This document shows, in pieces, positions 6,179-19,396 of a stretch of 42,964 bases of DNA. Origin of the DNA: Fidelibacterota bacterium (lineage in GTDB: Bacteria; Fidelibacterota; Marinisomatia; Marinisomatales; CAZVFT01); assembly GCA_014381485.1 (NCBI GenBank), contig JACNLN010000087.1:1-42964 (forward strand). Direction: 5' to 3'. Positions within the stretch are counted from its first letter, which is position 1. Every line of letters starts with the position of its first letter. The notes beneath the pieces are model-generated. The model worked only from the letters and a program-made list of their open reading frames with translations. It was not told where the DNA came from and did no database searches. The position numbers and the translations under genes are program-made.

Positions 6179-9100
6179 TTGACACCAAATTCAAAATATA
6201 AATTAAAAAGACAATCGTTTGCTAATATCAAGAGTATTATAGATATGCCAGATCTTCTGGATGTACAGATTAGGTCTTTTAAACAGTTCACCCAAGAAGA
6301 TATAAAAGAAGATGAACGCGAACTTATTGGATTGGAACAGGTTTTTCGTAATGCATTTCCTATTGAGGATAATCATAAAAATTACATTCTTGAATATAAA
6401 AATTACTATTTAGGGCTTCCTAAATATAATCCAGATGAGTGTATAGAACGGGGGGTTACATATTCTGTTCCATTAAAAGTTCGCTTAATTCTCCATCTGA
6501 CCGATGAATATGATAAATCAAAATATGCTCAAAGTATCGAACAGGATGTATATTTTGGTAATCTACCCCATATGACTGAAAGAGGAACATTCATTATAAA
6601 TGGGGCTGAAAGGGTTATAGTTAATCAGTTACAGCGATCTCCGGGTGTGTTTTTTGATGAGCATATTCATCCAAATGGGACAAAGTTGTTTCAAGCTCGT
6701 GTTATACCATCGCGTGGATCATGGGTCGATTTTACCACCGATATTGCTGATTGTATTTTTGTCATTATTGATCGGAGAAGAAAATTTCCTGTTACTACAC
6801 TCCTTAGAGCATTAGGATTTTCCAGTAATGCAGATATTTTTCGTGCCTTTAACCTGATTAAAAAGGTCAATATAAAGTCAAAAGTTGCTGAAAAATTTAT
6901 AGGTGCAAGAGTAGCCAATGATGTTATTAATGTGGAAACAGGAGAAATATTTTGTGAGGATGGGGCTGAAGTTACTGTAGAACTCTTGGAGGAACTTAAA
7001 AAGACCTCGACTAAGACCATTGAGGTAGCTCAAGTTCATGACGAATTAGCAGCGGAAATTTTTGCTAATACGATGAAGAAGGATCCCACGAAAAATATGG
7101 AAGAAGCACTTAGATTAATGTATCAACATATACGTTCTGGTGAACCCCCTAATCTGGAAACAGCTCAGAAATTTATTGAGAGGATGTTTTTCAGTCCCAA
7201 ACGTTATGATCTTGGTAAGGTTGGACGATATCGTATTAATAAGCAGTTTGATTTGAATGTTCCTCTTGATAACACAATCCTGACCACAGATGATCTTACT
7301 ATGATTATTCAATATCTTATTGAAATGCGAATGGGTCAACGAGGACCTGACGATATTGACCATCTGGGTAATCGCAGGATGAAAACGGTTTGTGAGCAAT
7401 TGACCAATCAATTTATGATCGCTATGACTCGTATGATTCGCAACGTACGTGAAAGGATGAATTTACGGGAGGCTGAGAGTTTAACACCTCAAGATCTTAT
7501 TAATTCAAGAGTTGTCACGACGGTAATTAACACATTTTTTGGTACCAGCCAGTTGAGCCAATTTATGGACCAAACAAATCCTTTGGCTGAGATCACTCAC
7601 AAACGGAGAGTTTCTGCTCTTGGTCCTGGGGGATTAACTCGAGAGCGGGCTGGTTTTGAAGTGCGTGATGTTCATTACACACATTATAGTCGTCTCTGTC
7701 CAATTGAAACACCAGAAGGTCCTAATATTGGTCTAATCTCGTCTCTAGCGATGTTTGCAGATGTGAATGATTTGGGATTCATTGAGGCTCCTTATCGAGT
7801 GGTCAAACATCAAAATGACAAAGATGCTTTTGTTACCCAGGAAATAAAATACCTTTCCGCTGAAGATGAGGATAGATCAATCATAGCACAGCCCAATATT
7901 GCAGTTGACGAAAAAGGTAAAATTGTAGAATCACAAGTAAGAGCAAGGATTAAGGGTGATTTTCCAATTGTTAATCCTGAGGAAATCCAGTATATGGATG
8001 TAGTTCCTCAACAGGTTTTAAGTGTAGCTGCTTCCCTTATTCCGTTTTTAGAACATGATGATGCAAATCGTGCTCTGATGGGCTCAAATATGCAACGTCA
8101 GGCTGTACCGTTACTGAATCCGGAAGCGCCCATAGTAGGAACGGGTATGGAAAAGGTAATAGTACATGATTCCAGGGGAACGATCTATTCACCAGTTGAA
8201 GGTGTTGTTGAATCTGTAGATGCAGAGAAGATTGTTATTCGATCTGACAATATTCCTGATGATATTATAATTACACATGAGGATGAGAAAAATTTAATCC
8301 ACATTTCTTTAAAGAAATACCGCCGTTCTAACCAGGATACCTGTATTGATCAAAGACCAGTTGTTAGTGAAGGACAAAAAGTAAAAATTGGCGATCTTTT
8401 GGCTGATGGAACTGCAGTTAGAAGAGGTGAGTTGGCACTGGGGAGGAATCTACTTGTCGCGTTTATGCCGTGGTGGGGTTATAATTTTGAAGATGCTATA
8501 GTCGTCACCGAACGGTTGGTAAAAGACGATATATTCACATCGGTGTCTGTTTCAGAAATAGAGCTTGAGGTTCGAGATACAAAACGGGGTGAAGAGGAAC
8601 TTACCAGTGAAATTCCTAATGTGAGTGAAGAAAACACAAAGGATCTTGATGAAAATGGGGTTATCCGTGTAGGAGCCAGGGTGAAGCCTGGTGATATTAT
8701 TGTTGGAAAGGTGACACCAAAAGGTGAGACAGATCCAACCCCTGAAGAGAAGCTATTAAGGGCTATTTTTGGTGAAAAAGCTGGGGATGTTAAGGATGCA
8801 TCCAAAAAAGCTGAACACGGTATCGATGGTGTAGTAACCAGGACACGACTTTTTGAGAGAAAGAGAAAGGGATCACGTGTACAGGAACATAAAATTATTG
8901 CACAGCTTCAAGAGGATGTTAGAAAAGCTAAAAAACAGCTAAAGATGAGGAGAGACAAACGATTAAAACAGCTAATGGAGAATCAGACTTCAGCTGGATT
9001 AAGAGATAAAGCTACGAGCAAGACCATTATTAAAGCCTCTACGAAACTTACAGAAAAAAGGTTGAGAGATCTCGATTATGAGAGAATTAAACGAGAGAAA

Positions 9101-9967
9101 CCCTGGGTAGTTGATAGAAATGTTTGGGTCCAAATTGAAGGGGTATGGAATTCTTTCAACAGAGAATGGAAGAGGGTTGAGGATAATCTTGAGCGGGAGA
9201 TTTATAAACTTCAGGTAGGTGATGAACTTCAACCTGGCGTTCTGAAACTAGCAAAAGTAAACATTGCGAGTAAACGGAAGCTCCAGGTAGGTGACAAGAT
9301 GGCTGGACGTCATGGAAATAAGGGGGTCGTTTCTGTGGTTGTTCCTGAAGAAGATATGCCATTTTTGGCTGATGGAACTCCAGTGGATATAGTTCTTAAT
9401 CCTCTTGGAGTACCTTCCCGTATGAATCTTGGTCAATTATATGAAACGATGCTTGGCTTGGCTGGTGAAAAACTTGGTGTTTCGTATGAGACGCCAGCAT
9501 TTGATGGAGCAACCCCAATACAGGTTGAAGAGGAATTAAAAAAAGCTAATATTCCCAAAGGATCTAAGGTTGAGCTTCATGATGGAAAAACCGGTGAAAA
9601 GTTCGATTATCCTGTGACAGTAGGTAAGATTTATATGATGAAATTAAACCATATGGTTGTTGATAAAATGCACGCTCGATCTACAGGTCCATACTCACTC
9701 ATCACGCAACAACCGTTAGGGGGTAAAGCCCAATTCGGAGGACAACGTTTTGGGGAGATGGAAGTTTGGGCACTTGAAGCATACGGTGCGTCTAATACCT
9801 TAAGAGAAATACTCACGGTAAAATCTGACGATGTTGAAGGTCGTTCAAAGGTCTATAATGCCATCGTAAGAGGTGAAAATATACCAAGCTTTGGGGTTCC
9901 AGAATCTTTCAACGTATTAGTGAAGGAACTTCAAGGATTGGGTGTTAATGTAGAACTACATCAATAG
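6179..9967 (+). CDS. rpoB: RNA polymerase subunit beta
   Basis: SQLSQFMDQTNPL, GDKMAGRHGNKG, GGQRFGEMEVWA; TTG start after GGAGG. Confidence 0.99.
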   Translation: MTPNSKYKLKRQSFANIKSIIDMPDLLDVQIRSFKQFTQEDIKEDERELIGLEQVFRNAFPIEDNHKNYILEYKNYYLGLPKYNPDECIERGVTYSVPLKVRLILHLTDEYDKSKYAQSIEQDVYFGNLPHMTERGTFIINGAERVIVNQLQRSPGVFFDEHIHPNGTKLFQARVIPSRGSWVDFTTDIADCIFVIIDRRRKFPVTTLLRALGFSSNADIFRAFNLIKKVNIKSKVAEKFIGARVANDVINVETGEIFCEDGAEVTVELLEELKKTSTKTIEVAQVHDELAAEIFANTMKKDPTKNMEEALRLMYQHIRSGEPPNLETAQKFIERMFFSPKRYDLGKVGRYRINKQFDLNVPLDNTILTTDDLTMIIQYLIEMRMGQRGPDDIDHLGNRRMKTVCEQLTNQFMIAMTRMIRNVRERMNLREAESLTPQDLINSRVVTTVINTFFGTSQLSQFMDQTNPLAEITHKRRVSALGPGGLTRERAGFEVRDVHYTHYSRLCPIETPEGPNIGLISSLAMFADVNDLGFIEAPYRVVKHQNDKDAFVTQEIKYLSAEDEDRSIIAQPNIAVDEKGKIVESQVRARIKGDFPIVNPEEIQYMDVVPQQVLSVAASLIPFLEHDDANRALMGSNMQRQAVPLLNPEAPIVGTGMEKVIVHDSRGTIYSPVEGVVESVDAEKIVIRSDNIPDDIIITHEDEKNLIHISLKKYRRSNQDTCIDQRPVVSEGQKVKIGDLLADGTAVRRGELALGRNLLVAFMPWWGYNFEDAIVVTERLVKDDIFTSVSVSEIELEVRDTKRGEEELTSEIPNVSEENTKDLDENGVIRVGARVKPGDIIVGKVTPKGETDPTPEEKLLRAIFGEKAGDVKDASKKAEHGIDGVVTRTRLFERKRKGSRVQEHKIIAQLQEDVRKAKKQLKMRRDKRLKQLMENQTSAGLRDKATSKTIIKASTKLTEKRLRDLDYERIKREKPWVVDRNVWVQIEGVWNSFNREWKRVEDNLEREIYKLQVGDELQPGVLKLAKVNIASKRKLQVGDKMAGRHGNKGVVSVVVPEEDMPFLADGTPVDIVLNPLGVPSRMNLGQLYETMLGLAGEKLGVSYETPAFDGATPIQVEEELKKANIPKGSKVELHDGKTGEKFDYPVTVGKIYMMKLNHMVVDKMHARSTGPYSLITQQPLGGKAQFGGQRFGEMEVWALEAYGASNTLREILTVKSDDVEGRSKVYNAIVRGENIPSFGVPESFNVLVKELQGLGVNVELHQ

Positions 9968-9981
9968 GTGGAGGATAATAA

Positions 9982-12900
9982 TTGGTATACATAAAACCAC
10001 CCAAAGTTGATACTAGCCGAGATTTCAAAGCTGTATCTATTGGACTCACTTCTCCTGAGGAGATTCTGAATAGGTCCTATGGCGAAGTGTTGAAGCCTGA
10101 GACTATTAATTACCGATCATATAAGCCAGAGAAAGACGGATTATTCTGTGAAAAGATATTTGGTCCTGTGAAAGATTATGAGTGTCATTGCGGGAAGTAC
10201 AAAGGGATTCGTTACAGAAGCATTATCTGTGACCGTTGTGGTGTAGAAGTAACACGACGGAGAGTACGTAGAGAACGTGTGGGACACATTACCCTCGCTG
10301 TACCGGTAGTACATATTTGGTATTTGAGATCAATTCCCGGGAAAATAAGTCACCTTTTGGGCATTCCTACCCGTGAAATCGAAAAGGTAATTTATTATGA
10401 GGATTATATTATCATTAATCCTGGTGCATCAGAGAAAAAGAAGTTTGACTTGATTAATGAACTTGAATTTTTAGAACTGGAAGCTCAATTTGGAAAAGAT
10501 ACCGTTGGTGAGGAAGACCGTGATGAAGAAAATTATTTTTATGCTGCGATGGGTGGGGAAGCCATTATTGAGGCTTTCAGAACCCTTAATATTTATTCTC
10601 TAATAAAAGAGCTTGAGCATACGATTAAGACCTCGCGATCCCGTCAAAAACGTTCAGATGCTTTAAAGCGCTTAAAAGTAGTTAAAGCATTCTATCCCAG
10701 TCCAGATAAAAGACGGGTTAATCGTCCTGAATGGATGGTTATTAGTGTACTTCCGGTAATACCTCCGGAATTGAGACCTCTTGTACCACTGGAAGGTGGA
10801 CGATTTGCTGCCAGTGATCTCAATGATCTTTACAGGCGAGTAATAATTAGAAACAATCGGTTGAAACAGTTGATGGGGATTCAGGCACCGGATGTCATTC
10901 TCAGGAATGAAAAACGTATGCTTCAAGAAGCCGTAGATACACTTTTGGATAATACCCGCCGTGGAACTGCACTTAGTAGCGGAACCCGAAGACCTCTGAA
11001 AAGCTTAAGCGATATGCTTAGAGGTAAACAGGGTCGATTCCGTCAGAACCTCTTGGGTAAACGAGTGGATTATTCGGGGCGGTCTGTTATTGTGGTGGGT
11101 CCGCGCCTGAAATTGCATGAATGTGGCCTTCCGAAAGATATTGCCATTGAACTCTTCAAACCTCATTTAATCCATGAGTTGATTGTTAGAGGTTATGCAA
11201 AAACCCCAAGGGGCGGAAAACTGTTAGTTGAACAAAAGTCGCCTCAGGTGTATGATGTTCTTGAGTACGTGGTGAGAGATCATCCAGTATTGTTAAATCG
11301 GGCTCCTACTCTCCATCGTTTGGGTATTCAAGCATTCCAACCAGTTCTTGTTGATGGCAAAGCTATCCAGATTCATCCATTAGTCTGTACTGCTTTTAAT
11401 GCTGATTTCGATGGAGACCAGATGGCGGTTCATGTGCCCCTTTCTCCCGAAGCACAACTTGAAGCCAGAATGTTAATGCTTTCATCTCATAATATTCTCC
11501 ATCCAGCTCACGGTAATCCGATCACTATCCCCTCCCAAGATATGGTTCTCGGTTGTTATTACCTGACCAAGAAGAAAAAAGGAGAAAAAGGGGAAGGGAT
11601 GAATTTCTCCAGTATTGATGAGGTAGCTCTTGCATATGAAAATAAGGTCGTCGGTCTCCACGCCATTATTAATCTGAGAATCGGTGATAGATGGTTTAAA
11701 GAGACCAGTGTCGGACGTGCGATATTTAATTCAATTCTTCCTGATGAACTGGATTATATTGATATGCTGATATCGAAAAAGAAAATTGAGAAAATTATAC
11801 ATGAAGCTTATGAAAAAGCAGGAAATCACAGGACGGTTGAATTTTTAGATGACCTTAAAAAGTTTGGGTTTGATTATGCTACAAAAAGTGGGACGTCCAT
11901 ATCTATTGAAGATGTATTGGTGCCAGATGAAAAACAGAATAATATTCAACACGCTACTAAAGAGGTGAGATCAATTCAATCCAAGTATAACAGACGAATA
12001 TTGACTGAGGGTGAGAGGTATAACAAGATTATCGATGTTTGGACTCATACCACAAACAAGGTAGCTGCTGATATGATGTATCATTTAGAATCTGATCAAG
12101 AGGGGTTCAATCCGGTTTTTATGATGGCAGATTCAGGTGCACGTGGTAGTCAGGATCAGATTAGACAGCTGGCTGCCATGCGTGGATTAATGGCGAAACC
12201 TAAAAAAAGTATGACTGGCGGAAGAGGTGAAATTATCGAGAATCCTATCACTTCAAATTTTAAAGAAGGGTTATCGGTATTGGAATATTTCATTTCGACA
12301 CACGGTGCTCGGAAAGGACTTGCTGATACTGCTTTGAAAACAGCTGATGCTGGATATTTAACGCGTCGTCTTGTGGATGTTGCTCAAGATGTTGTGGTAA
12401 CAATCGAAGATTGTGGAACTATTAATGGAGTGTGGATTTCCGATTTGAAGGAAGGTGAAGAAATTATCGAACCACTTCGAGATCGTATTCGTGGACGTGT
12501 TTTACAAGAGGATATCATTCACCGAGGAAAAGTTGTGGTTAAAGAGGCGACGCCAATAGATGATGAAGTAAGCGATACAATTGCTAATCTTGGTTTGAAC
12601 AGAGTATTTATTCGTTCAGTATTAACCTGTGAAGCGAAACATGGCGTTTGTCGTAATTGTTATGGGTTGGATTTGAATACAAAAAAACTTGTGTCGATGG
12701 GCACTGCTGTGGGTATTGTTGCTGCTCAAAGCATTGGTGAACCAGGTACTCAGCTTACATTAAGGACGTTTCATATAGGTGGGACAGCTTCTAGAATTAT
12801 TGAAAAATCCCAGATGGTAACCAGCAAAGAAGGTACAATTCGATTTTCACCCAATCTAAAATGTGCAAAAGTTGTAGATGAGGAGGATATTTCAGAGACA

Positions 12901-14259
12901 AAACGTAAACTCAATCGAGTACTTATTCGGAATGCAATGATTGAGGTTATGGGTGATAATGACAAGGTTCTAACCAGTTATAATGTTCCGTATGGATCGA
13001 TTCTTCTGGTAAAAAATAATCAAAAAGTAGAGGTGGGACAGGTATTATTTACATGGGATCCATACACAGATGTAATTCTTGCACGTCAGAGTGGATATGT
13101 TCGGTTTGTTGACATGATAGAAGGTGAGACTTACCATGTGGAGGCGGTAGAGAGTGGTAAAAAACAAATGGTAATAATTGAATCTAAAGATAGAAACTTA
13201 TCTCCACACATTGAAATAACAGATAAAAATAAAAATATTGTATCAGGAGGGACAATACTACCAGTTGAAGCCATTTTAATGGTTGCAGATGGACAAAAGG
13301 TATCGGCAGGGACTATTCTCGTAAAAATTTCGAGGGGGGTAGGGAAGACGCGGGATATTACAGGAGGATTACCCAGAGTAGCCGAATTATTTGAGGTAAG
13401 AAAGCCAAAAGAACCTGCAGTAGTTACTGAAATAAATGGTGTTGTAAGTTTTGGTAAAACAAAACGAGGCATCCGTGAGATGATCGTTCACGGTACTCAC
13501 GACGAAAAGGGTAAATATAAAATTCCTTATGGCAAACACGTCATTGTGCATGAAGGCGATTGGGTCAGTGCTGGTGATCGTCTTTGTGAAGGGGCTATTT
13601 CACCAAAAGATATTCTCAATATTCTCGGACCAGAGCGTGTTCAAGAATACCTCGTAAATGAGATTCAGGAAGTGTATCGTTTGCAAGGTGTACGGATAAA
13701 CGACAAACATATTGAAGTGATTGTACGTCAGATGATGCAGAAGTTAAAGGTAGAAGATAATGGAGATACAGTTTTCCTCCCAGGTGATAGTGTCAATAGA
13801 GTTCAACTTTTCCAAGAAAATTCCCGAGTTTCAAATATGGCAGTAGTGACAAATCCGGGCGATTCCGAATTCGAGGAGGGGGACCTTATAGACAAATCTG
13901 AGTTAAGGACTATTAATAGGGAATTGAAAGAAGGTAAGAAGAATTCAATAAAGACCCGGAAGGCCAAACAGGCATCTTTCCAACCCCTGTTACTAGGGAT
14001 TACCCGTGCATCTTTAAATACTGAGAGTTTTATATCTGCAGCTTCTTTTCAGGAGACAACCCGTGTTTTAACTGATGCTTCTGCTGAAGGTAAGATAGAT
14101 CACCTCATTGGATTGAAGGAGAATGTCATTATGGGTAAACTTATTCCATCTGGGACTGGCTTTAATCAATTTAAAGATCCTTTAGTTCATGCTCCTGAAG
14201 AGGAATTAGTTGCGGAAGAGGTTCCTGTGGAAATTAAAGAAGAAGTATCTACTAGTTAG
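9982..14259 (+). CDS. rpoC: RNA polymerase subunit beta'
   Basis: [12 protein letters not shown] catalytic motif, N-terminal Zn finger; TTG start after GGAGG. Confidence 0.99.
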   Translation: MVYIKPPKVDTSRDFKAVSIGLTSPEEILNRSYGEVLKPETINYRSYKPEKDGLFCEKIFGPVKDYECHCGKYKGIRYRSIICDRCGVEVTRRRVRRERVGHITLAVPVVHIWYLRSIPGKISHLLGIPTREIEKVIYYEDYIIINPGASEKKKFDLINELEFLELEAQFGKDTVGEEDRDEENYFYAAMGGEAIIEAFRTLNIYSLIKELEHTIKTSRSRQKRSDALKRLKVVKAFYPSPDKRRVNRPEWMVISVLPVIPPELRPLVPLEGGRFAASDLNDLYRRVIIRNNRLKQLMGIQAPDVILRNEKRMLQEAVDTLLDNTRRGTALSSGTRRPLKSLSDMLRGKQGRFRQNLLGKRVDYSGRSVIVVGPRLKLHECGLPKDIAIELFKPHLIHELIVRGYAKTPRGGKLLVEQKSPQVYDVLEYVVRDHPVLLNRAPTLHRLGIQAFQPVLVDGKAIQIHPLVCTAFNADFDGDQMAVHVPLSPEAQLEARMLMLSSHNILHPAHGNPITIPSQDMVLGCYYLTKKKKGEKGEGMNFSSIDEVALAYENKVVGLHAIINLRIGDRWFKETSVGRAIFNSILPDELDYIDMLISKKKIEKIIHEAYEKAGNHRTVEFLDDLKKFGFDYATKSGTSISIEDVLVPDEKQNNIQHATKEVRSIQSKYNRRILTEGERYNKIIDVWTHTTNKVAADMMYHLESDQEGFNPVFMMADSGARGSQDQIRQLAAMRGLMAKPKKSMTGGRGEIIENPITSNFKEGLSVLEYFISTHGARKGLADTALKTADAGYLTRRLVDVAQDVVVTIEDCGTINGVWISDLKEGEEIIEPLRDRIRGRVLQEDIIHRGKVVVKEATPIDDEVSDTIANLGLNRVFIRSVLTCEAKHGVCRNCYGLDLNTKKLVSMGTAVGIVAAQSIGEPGTQLTLRTFHIGGTASRIIEKSQMVTSKEGTIRFSPNLKCAKVVDEEDISETKRKLNRVLIRNAMIEVMGDNDKVLTSYNVPYGSILLVKNNQKVEVGQVLFTWDPYTDVILARQSGYVRFVDMIEGETYHVEAVESGKKQMVIIESKDRNLSPHIEITDKNKNIVSGGTILPVEAILMVADGQKVSAGTILVKISRGVGKTRDITGGLPRVAELFEVRKPKEPAVVTEINGVVSFGKTKRGIREMIVHGTHDEKGKYKIPYGKHVIVHEGDWVSAGDRLCEGAISPKDILNILGPERVQEYLVNEIQEVYRLQGVRINDKHIEVIVRQMMQKLKVEDNGDTVFLPGDSVNRVQLFQENSRVSNMAVVTNPGDSEFEEGDLIDKSELRTINRELKEGKKNSIKTRKAKQASFQPLLLGITRASLNTESFISAASFQETTRVLTDASAEGKIDHLIGLKENVIMGKLIPSGTGFNQFKDPLVHAPEEELVAEEVPVEIKEEVSTS

Positions 14260-14286
14260 ATGAATGTTTTTATATGGAGTAGTTGA

Positions 14287-14658
14287 ATGCCGACTATTAA
14301 TCAGTTAGTTCGAAAAGGAAGGAAAAAAGTAATAAAGAAGAAGACAGCCCCAGCTTTAATGGGAAATCCTCAAAAACGAGGTGTATGTACTCGGGTGTAC
14401 ACAACAACACCGAAAAAACCAAATTCTGCCTTACGAAAGGTAGCCAGAATTCGGCTAACTAATGGAATGGAAGTTACTGCTTATATCCCTGGGGAAGGTC
14501 ATAACCTTCAGGAACATTCTATTGTACTAATCGAGGGGGGAAGGGTAAAAGACCTTCCAGGAGTTCGTTACCACATTGTGCGTGGAACTTTAGACACTGC
14601 TGGAGTTGTTGATCGAACAACCAGCCGTTCTCGCTATGGCACAAAAAGACCGAGGTAA
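14287..14658 (+). CDS. rpsL: 30S ribosomal protein S12
   Basis: [35 protein letters not shown]. Confidence 0.99.
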   Translation: MPTINQLVRKGRKKVIKKKTAPALMGNPQKRGVCTRVYTTTPKKPNSALRKVARIRLTNGMEVTAYIPGEGHNLQEHSIVLIEGGRVKDLPGVRYHIVRGTLDTAGVVDRTTSRSRYGTKRPR

Positions 14659-14661
14659 GTT

Positions 14662-15129
14662 ATGAGAAGAAGTAGAGCGGAAAGAAGGCAAATTTCTCCA
14701 GATCCCGTATATGGGGACGTAATGGTTCAAAAATTTATCAACAATTTATTACAGCAGGGTAAAAAGGGAACTTCTGAACGGATCTTCTATGGTGCACTGA
14801 ATATTATTGAGGGCAAGACAAAAAGCGATCCTCTTGAATTGTTTCATAAAGCTATGGAGAATGTAAAACCTCTCATAGAAGTGAAATCAAGGCGAATTGG
14901 TGGTGCCACATATCAGATACCGGTTGAAGTAGCAAACCACCGGGCTTTTGCTCTTGGCACGCGATGGATTATTACATACGCAAAAAATCGAAAAGGTAAA
15001 CCGATGGCTGAGAAGCTGGCTTCTGAATTATTAGCTGCTGCAAATAATGATGGTGGAGCCATTAAGAAAAAGGAAGATACACATCGTATGGCTGAAGCAA
15101 ATAAAGCATTTGCTCACTTTGGTAGATAA
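14662..15129 (+). CDS. rpsG: 30S ribosomal protein S7
   Basis: [27 protein letters not shown]. Confidence 0.99.
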   Translation: MRRSRAERRQISPDPVYGDVMVQKFINNLLQQGKKGTSERIFYGALNIIEGKTKSDPLELFHKAMENVKPLIEVKSRRIGGATYQIPVEVANHRAFALGTRWIITYAKNRKGKPMAEKLASELLAAANNDGGAIKKKEDTHRMAEANKAFAHFGR

Positions 15130-15131
15130 TC

Positions 15132-17222
15132 ATGAAGAAGTCACCTTTAGAAAGAGTAAGAAACATTGGCATCATGGCTCATATTGATGCGGGTAAGACA
15201 ACAACGACGGAGCGGATTTTGTTCTATACAGGACGTTTACATCGTATGGGCGAGGTACACGAGGGTTCTACAGCAATGGATTGGATGGATCAAGAAAGGG
15301 AACGTGGTATTACCATTACTTCAGCAGCAACCACTACTTTTTGGAATGAACACCGGATTAACATCATTGATACACCGGGTCACATAGACTTTACTGCTGA
15401 AGTCGAACGCTCGTTAAGAGTTCTCGATGGTGGGATTGTAGTATTCTGTGCAGTAGGAGGGGTAGAACCCCAAAGTGAGACAGTCTGGCGTCAAGCAGAC
15501 AGATATAAAGTTCCACGAGTTGCTTTTGTAAATAAAATGGATCGGATGGGAGCTGATTTTTATGAAGTAATTCATATGATGAAACACCGTTTGAATGCAA
15601 AACCTTTGCTTCTTGTTTTACCTATTGGGGCAGGTGATTTATTTACGGGTATTGTGGATTTAATTTCTATGAAAGCAATTGTTTATTATGAGCCCAGTCT
15701 CGGCACTCATTTTGAACTTATTGATATTCCTAGTGATATGGTGGAGGAAGTTGAGGAAGCCCGCCACAAGATGGTGGAGGAAATTGCAGCATACGATGAA
15801 CAGCTTTTTGAGAAATATCTCGCCGGGAAAGATTTGACAACAGAGGAAATTAAAAATGCTATTCGAAAAGGATGTTTAGATAATGCCTTTATTCCAGTAC
15901 TGTGTGGATCTGCTTATAAAAATAAAGGCATTCAGAGATTACTGGATGCAATAGTTGATTATCTACCCTCTCCAATGGATAAACAAGAGATAATTGGTTT
16001 TCCACCTGAGGATAGTGATATAACGTTAAGCAGGAAACCTTCACCAAATGAACCCTTCAGTGCTTTAGCTTTTAAAATCATGTCTGATCCCTATGTAGGC
16101 AGATTGACATTTTTCCGTGTTTATTCAGGTGAAGTCAAAATCAAGGATTCAATTTACAATTCTACGGTTGGTAGGAAAGAAAGAGTATCTCGTTTATTAT
16201 TGATGCACGCCGACAAACGTGAGGAGAGAGAGAAAGTGACTGCGGGTGAAATTGCTGCTGCAGTTGGATTGAAACATACAAAAACGGGACATACACTGTG
16301 TGATCGCAAATATCCCATTATTCTTGAATCAATGGAGTTTCAGAAACCAGTGATTTCTGTGACAATAGAGCCATCAAGTAAGGCAGATCAGAATGTCCTA
16401 TCGGAAGCGTTGGTAAAGCTTTCTGATGAGGACCCTACTTTTAAAGTAGAAAGGGATAGTGAAACAGATCAAACGATAATTTCTGGAATGGGGGAGTTAC
16501 ATTTAGAAATTTTAGTAGATAGGTTGATGCGGGAATTCAATATTCGAGCCAATGTAGGTAGACCTCAAGTTGCTTATCGGGAGACCATAAAAAAGTCTGC
16601 GGAAGCAGAGGGGAAGTTTATTCGCCAATCGGGGGGACGTGGACAATACGGATGTGTTAAGATAAAAGTTGAACCAAATGAGGCCGGCAAAGGATATCAT
16701 TTCGAGACAAAAATAGTGGGTGGAGTTATACCCCGGGACTACATTCCAGCTGTTAATCAAGGAATCCAAGAAGCCCTTAAGAACGGGGTTTTAGCTGGGT
16801 ATCCCCTGGAGGATATTCGGGTGGAGCTTATTGATGGGTCCTATCACGAAGTAGATTCATCGGAAATTGCTTTTAAATTTGCTGGTTCAATGGCTATTCA
16901 GGAGGCTTGTAAAAAAGCAAAGCCCAGTTTGACAGAACCTGTGATGAAGCTCGAAGTTATATTGTCAGAACAGTACATTGGGGATGTAATGGCTGATTTA
17001 AATTCCAGACGAGGCAGGATTATGGGAACCGAACATCGGAAGGATGCAGTTGTTTTGCATTCAAAAGTTCCTTTGAGCGAAATGTTTGGGTACGCTACGG
17101 ATTTGAGATCTATCACACAGGGAAGAGCAGTTTTTACAATGGAATTCGAGGAATATCAAGATGTTCCTACTAGAATTGAAGCCAAGATTATGGAAAAAGC
17201 CCGTGGGGTAATAACAATATAA
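15132..17222 (+). CDS. fusA: Elongation factor G
   Basis: [31 protein letters not shown]. Confidence 0.99.
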   Translation: MKKSPLERVRNIGIMAHIDAGKTTTTERILFYTGRLHRMGEVHEGSTAMDWMDQERERGITITSAATTTFWNEHRINIIDTPGHIDFTAEVERSLRVLDGGIVVFCAVGGVEPQSETVWRQADRYKVPRVAFVNKMDRMGADFYEVIHMMKHRLNAKPLLLVLPIGAGDLFTGIVDLISMKAIVYYEPSLGTHFELIDIPSDMVEEVEEARHKMVEEIAAYDEQLFEKYLAGKDLTTEEIKNAIRKGCLDNAFIPVLCGSAYKNKGIQRLLDAIVDYLPSPMDKQEIIGFPPEDSDITLSRKPSPNEPFSALAFKIMSDPYVGRLTFFRVYSGEVKIKDSIYNSTVGRKERVSRLLLMHADKREEREKVTAGEIAAAVGLKHTKTGHTLCDRKYPIILESMEFQKPVISVTIEPSSKADQNVLSEALVKLSDEDPTFKVERDSETDQTIISGMGELHLEILVDRLMREFNIRANVGRPQVAYRETIKKSAEAEGKFIRQSGGRGQYGCVKIKVEPNEAGKGYHFETKIVGGVIPRDYIPAVNQGIQEALKNGVLAGYPLEDIRVELIDGSYHEVDSSEIAFKFAGSMAIQEACKKAKPSLTEPVMKLEVILSEQYIGDVMADLNSRRGRIMGTEHRKDAVVLHSKVPLSEMFGYATDLRSITQGRAVFTMEFEEYQDVPTRIEAKIMEKARGVITI

Positions 17223-17239
17223 GATAAGATCAACATTAG

Positions 17240-18464
17240 GGAGGAACAGCACAATGGCAAAGGAGAAATTTTCGAGGACGAAGCCTCACTTAAATATAGG
17301 GACGATAGGTCATGTAGATCATGGGAAGACGACATTGACGGCAGCGATGACGTTATATTTAAGCAAGCGTGGTTTAGCAGAGGCTCGGACGTTTGATAGT
17401 ATTGATAGTGCTCCTGAGGAGCGGGAGCGAGGATTAACGATACAGACGGCACATGTGGAGTATGAGACGGATAATCGTCATTATGCACACATAGATTGTC
17501 CGGGACATGCAGATTACATCAAGAATATGATAACGGGAGCGGCACAGATGGATGGATCTGTATTGGTAGTATCGGCGGCAGATGGTCCAATGCCCCAGAC
17601 ACGTGAGCATGTATTATTAGCACGTCAGGTAAATGTTCCGGCTATTGTGGTATTTATGAACAAGACGGATCAGGTAGATGATCCGGAGTTACTGGAGTTA
17701 GTGGAGTTGGAGTTGCGTGAGTTATTGGATGAGTACAATTTTCCTGGTGATGAGATACCGATAATACAGGGTAGTGCGTTGGAGGCGTTGAGCAATCCAG
17801 AGGATGAGGAGTTGACTCGGTGTATAGTGGAGTTATTGGATGCGATAGACAGTTACATACCGGAGCCGGAGCGAGATATAGACAGGCCATTTTTGATGCC
17901 TGTGGAGGATGTATTCAGTATTACGGGACGAGGTACGGTAGGTACAGGAAGGATAGAGCGTGGGATAATAAAGGTAGGTGATTCGGTAGAGATAGTGGGA
18001 TTAGGAGAGACGAGTAAGACGGTAGTGACGGGAGTAGAGATGTTTCGTAAGATATTGGATGAGGGTCAGGCTGGAGATAATGCTGGTTTATTGTTGAGGG
18101 GAGTGGATAAGGATGATTTAAAGCGAGGTCAGGTTATATCGGCGGTAGGAAGTATCACGCCCCACACGAAGTTTGAGGCGAAGGTATATGTATTGAAGAA
18201 GGAGGAGGGAGGTCGTCACACGCCCTTTTTTGAGGGATATCGGCCTCAGTTTTATTTTCGAACGACAGATGTGACGGGCGTGGTGAGTTTGCCTGAGGGA
18301 GTAGAGATGGTGATGCCAGGAGATAATGTAAACGTTAAAGTGGAGTTGATAACACCGATAGCGATGGAGAAGGAGTTGAGGTTTGCGATTCGTGAGGGTG
18401 GTCACACCGTTGGAGCTGGAGTCGTGACGGATATTCTTGAGTAAGGAGAATCAAATTGGCTGGA
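17240..18464 (+). repeat. 1225-bp direct repeat, copy 2 (tuf plus flanks)
   Basis: Matches 1739-2963 at offset 15501. Confidence 0.9.
17254..18444 (+). CDS. tuf: Elongation factor Tu (copy 2)
   Basis: Protein identical to 1753-2943. Confidence 0.99.
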   Translation: MAKEKFSRTKPHLNIGTIGHVDHGKTTLTAAMTLYLSKRGLAEARTFDSIDSAPEERERGLTIQTAHVEYETDNRHYAHIDCPGHADYIKNMITGAAQMDGSVLVVSAADGPMPQTREHVLLARQVNVPAIVVFMNKTDQVDDPELLELVELELRELLDEYNFPGDEIPIIQGSALEALSNPEDEELTRCIVELLDAIDSYIPEPERDIDRPFLMPVEDVFSITGRGTVGTGRIERGIIKVGDSVEIVGLGETSKTVVTGVEMFRKILDEGQAGDNAGLLLRGVDKDDLKRGQVISAVGSITPHTKFEAKVYVLKKEEGGRHTPFFEGYRPQFYFRTTDVTGVVSLPEGVEMVMPGDNVNVKVELITPIAMEKELRFAIREGGHTVGAGVVTDILE

Positions 18465-18764
18465 CAAACGATAAGGATAAAAATAAAGGCATATGATCAT
18501 AACCTTCTGGACAAATCTATGGACAGAATTGTAAAAACTGTCCGATCTACGGGAGCAGTGATTTTAGGTCCTATTCCCTTACCAACTAAACGAACAGTGT
18601 ATACGGTGCTTAGATCGCCTCATGTGAATAAAAAATCGCGTGAACAATTCCAAACGAAAATTCACAAAAGGTTAATTGACATTTTAAATGCTTCACCTAA
18701 AACCATCGATTCTCTGATGAAAGTAGATCTTCCTGCTGGAGTAGATATTGAGATAAAGGCATAA
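18456..18764 (+). CDS. rpsJ: 30S ribosomal protein S10
   Basis: [30 protein letters not shown]. Confidence 0.99.
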   Translation: MAGQTIRIKIKAYDHNLLDKSMDRIVKTVRSTGAVILGPIPLPTKRTVYTVLRSPHVNKKSREQFQTKIHKRLIDILNASPKTIDSLMKVDLPAGVDIEIKA

Positions 18765-18766
18765 CT

Positions 18767-19387
18767 ATGAACGGATTAATTGGTAAAAAGGTAGGAATGT
18801 CTCGTCTCTTTGATTCCGATGGTGAAAATATTCCTGTTTCTGTTATTCAAGCTGGACCTTGTGTTGTTGTTCAGATTAAAACGAAAAATAATGACGGATA
18901 CAGAGCAGTTCAAGTTGGATATAGTAACAAGAAACAAAAGAAAACGAATAACCCAATGATAGGACATTTCAAAAAAGCTGGAGTTGAACCAAAAAATTAT
19001 TTGATGGAATTCCCATTGAGAAAAGGTCAAAAAATCAAAATTGGACAAGTGATTGCTGTAGACATATTCAAAGAAGGAGATGTAGTTAACATTAGTGGTT
19101 TTTCAAAAGGTAAAGGATTTGCAGGTGTGGTTAAGCGACACGGGTTTCATGGCGGTCCTAAAAGCCATGGTAAGTCTGATCAGTTAAGAGCAGCGGGATC
19201 AATTGGTCAGTCATCGGATCCATCCCGTGTTTGGCCTGGGATGAAAATGCCCGGTCATATGGGGAATAAAAAAGTCCTGATAAAAAATCTCAAAGTCGTT
19301 AGTGTGGATAAAGATAAGCACCACCTCTATATAAAGGGTCCTGTACCTGGACCAAGAAATGGAATTGTTGTTGTTACAAAATCATAG
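18767..19387 (+). CDS. rplC: 50S ribosomal protein L3
   Basis: GKKVGM, SKGKGFAGVVKRH, KMPGHMG. Confidence 0.99.
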   Translation: MNGLIGKKVGMSRLFDSDGENIPVSVIQAGPCVVVQIKTKNNDGYRAVQVGYSNKKQKKTNNPMIGHFKKAGVEPKNYLMEFPLRKGQKIKIGQVIAVDIFKEGDVVNISGFSKGKGFAGVVKRHGFHGGPKSHGKSDQLRAAGSIGQSSDPSRVWPGMKMPGHMGNKKVLIKNLKVVSVDKDKHHLYIKGPVPGPRNGIVVVTKS

Positions 19388-19396
19388 AACACTTTT

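Noticed and set aside
7540..7640. Rifampicin-resistance substitutions in rpoB (and streptomycin sites in rpsL)
   Set aside because: SQLSQFMDQTNPLAEITHKRRVSALG and the rpsL PKKPNS/RVKDLP motifs carry the usual sensitive-type residues
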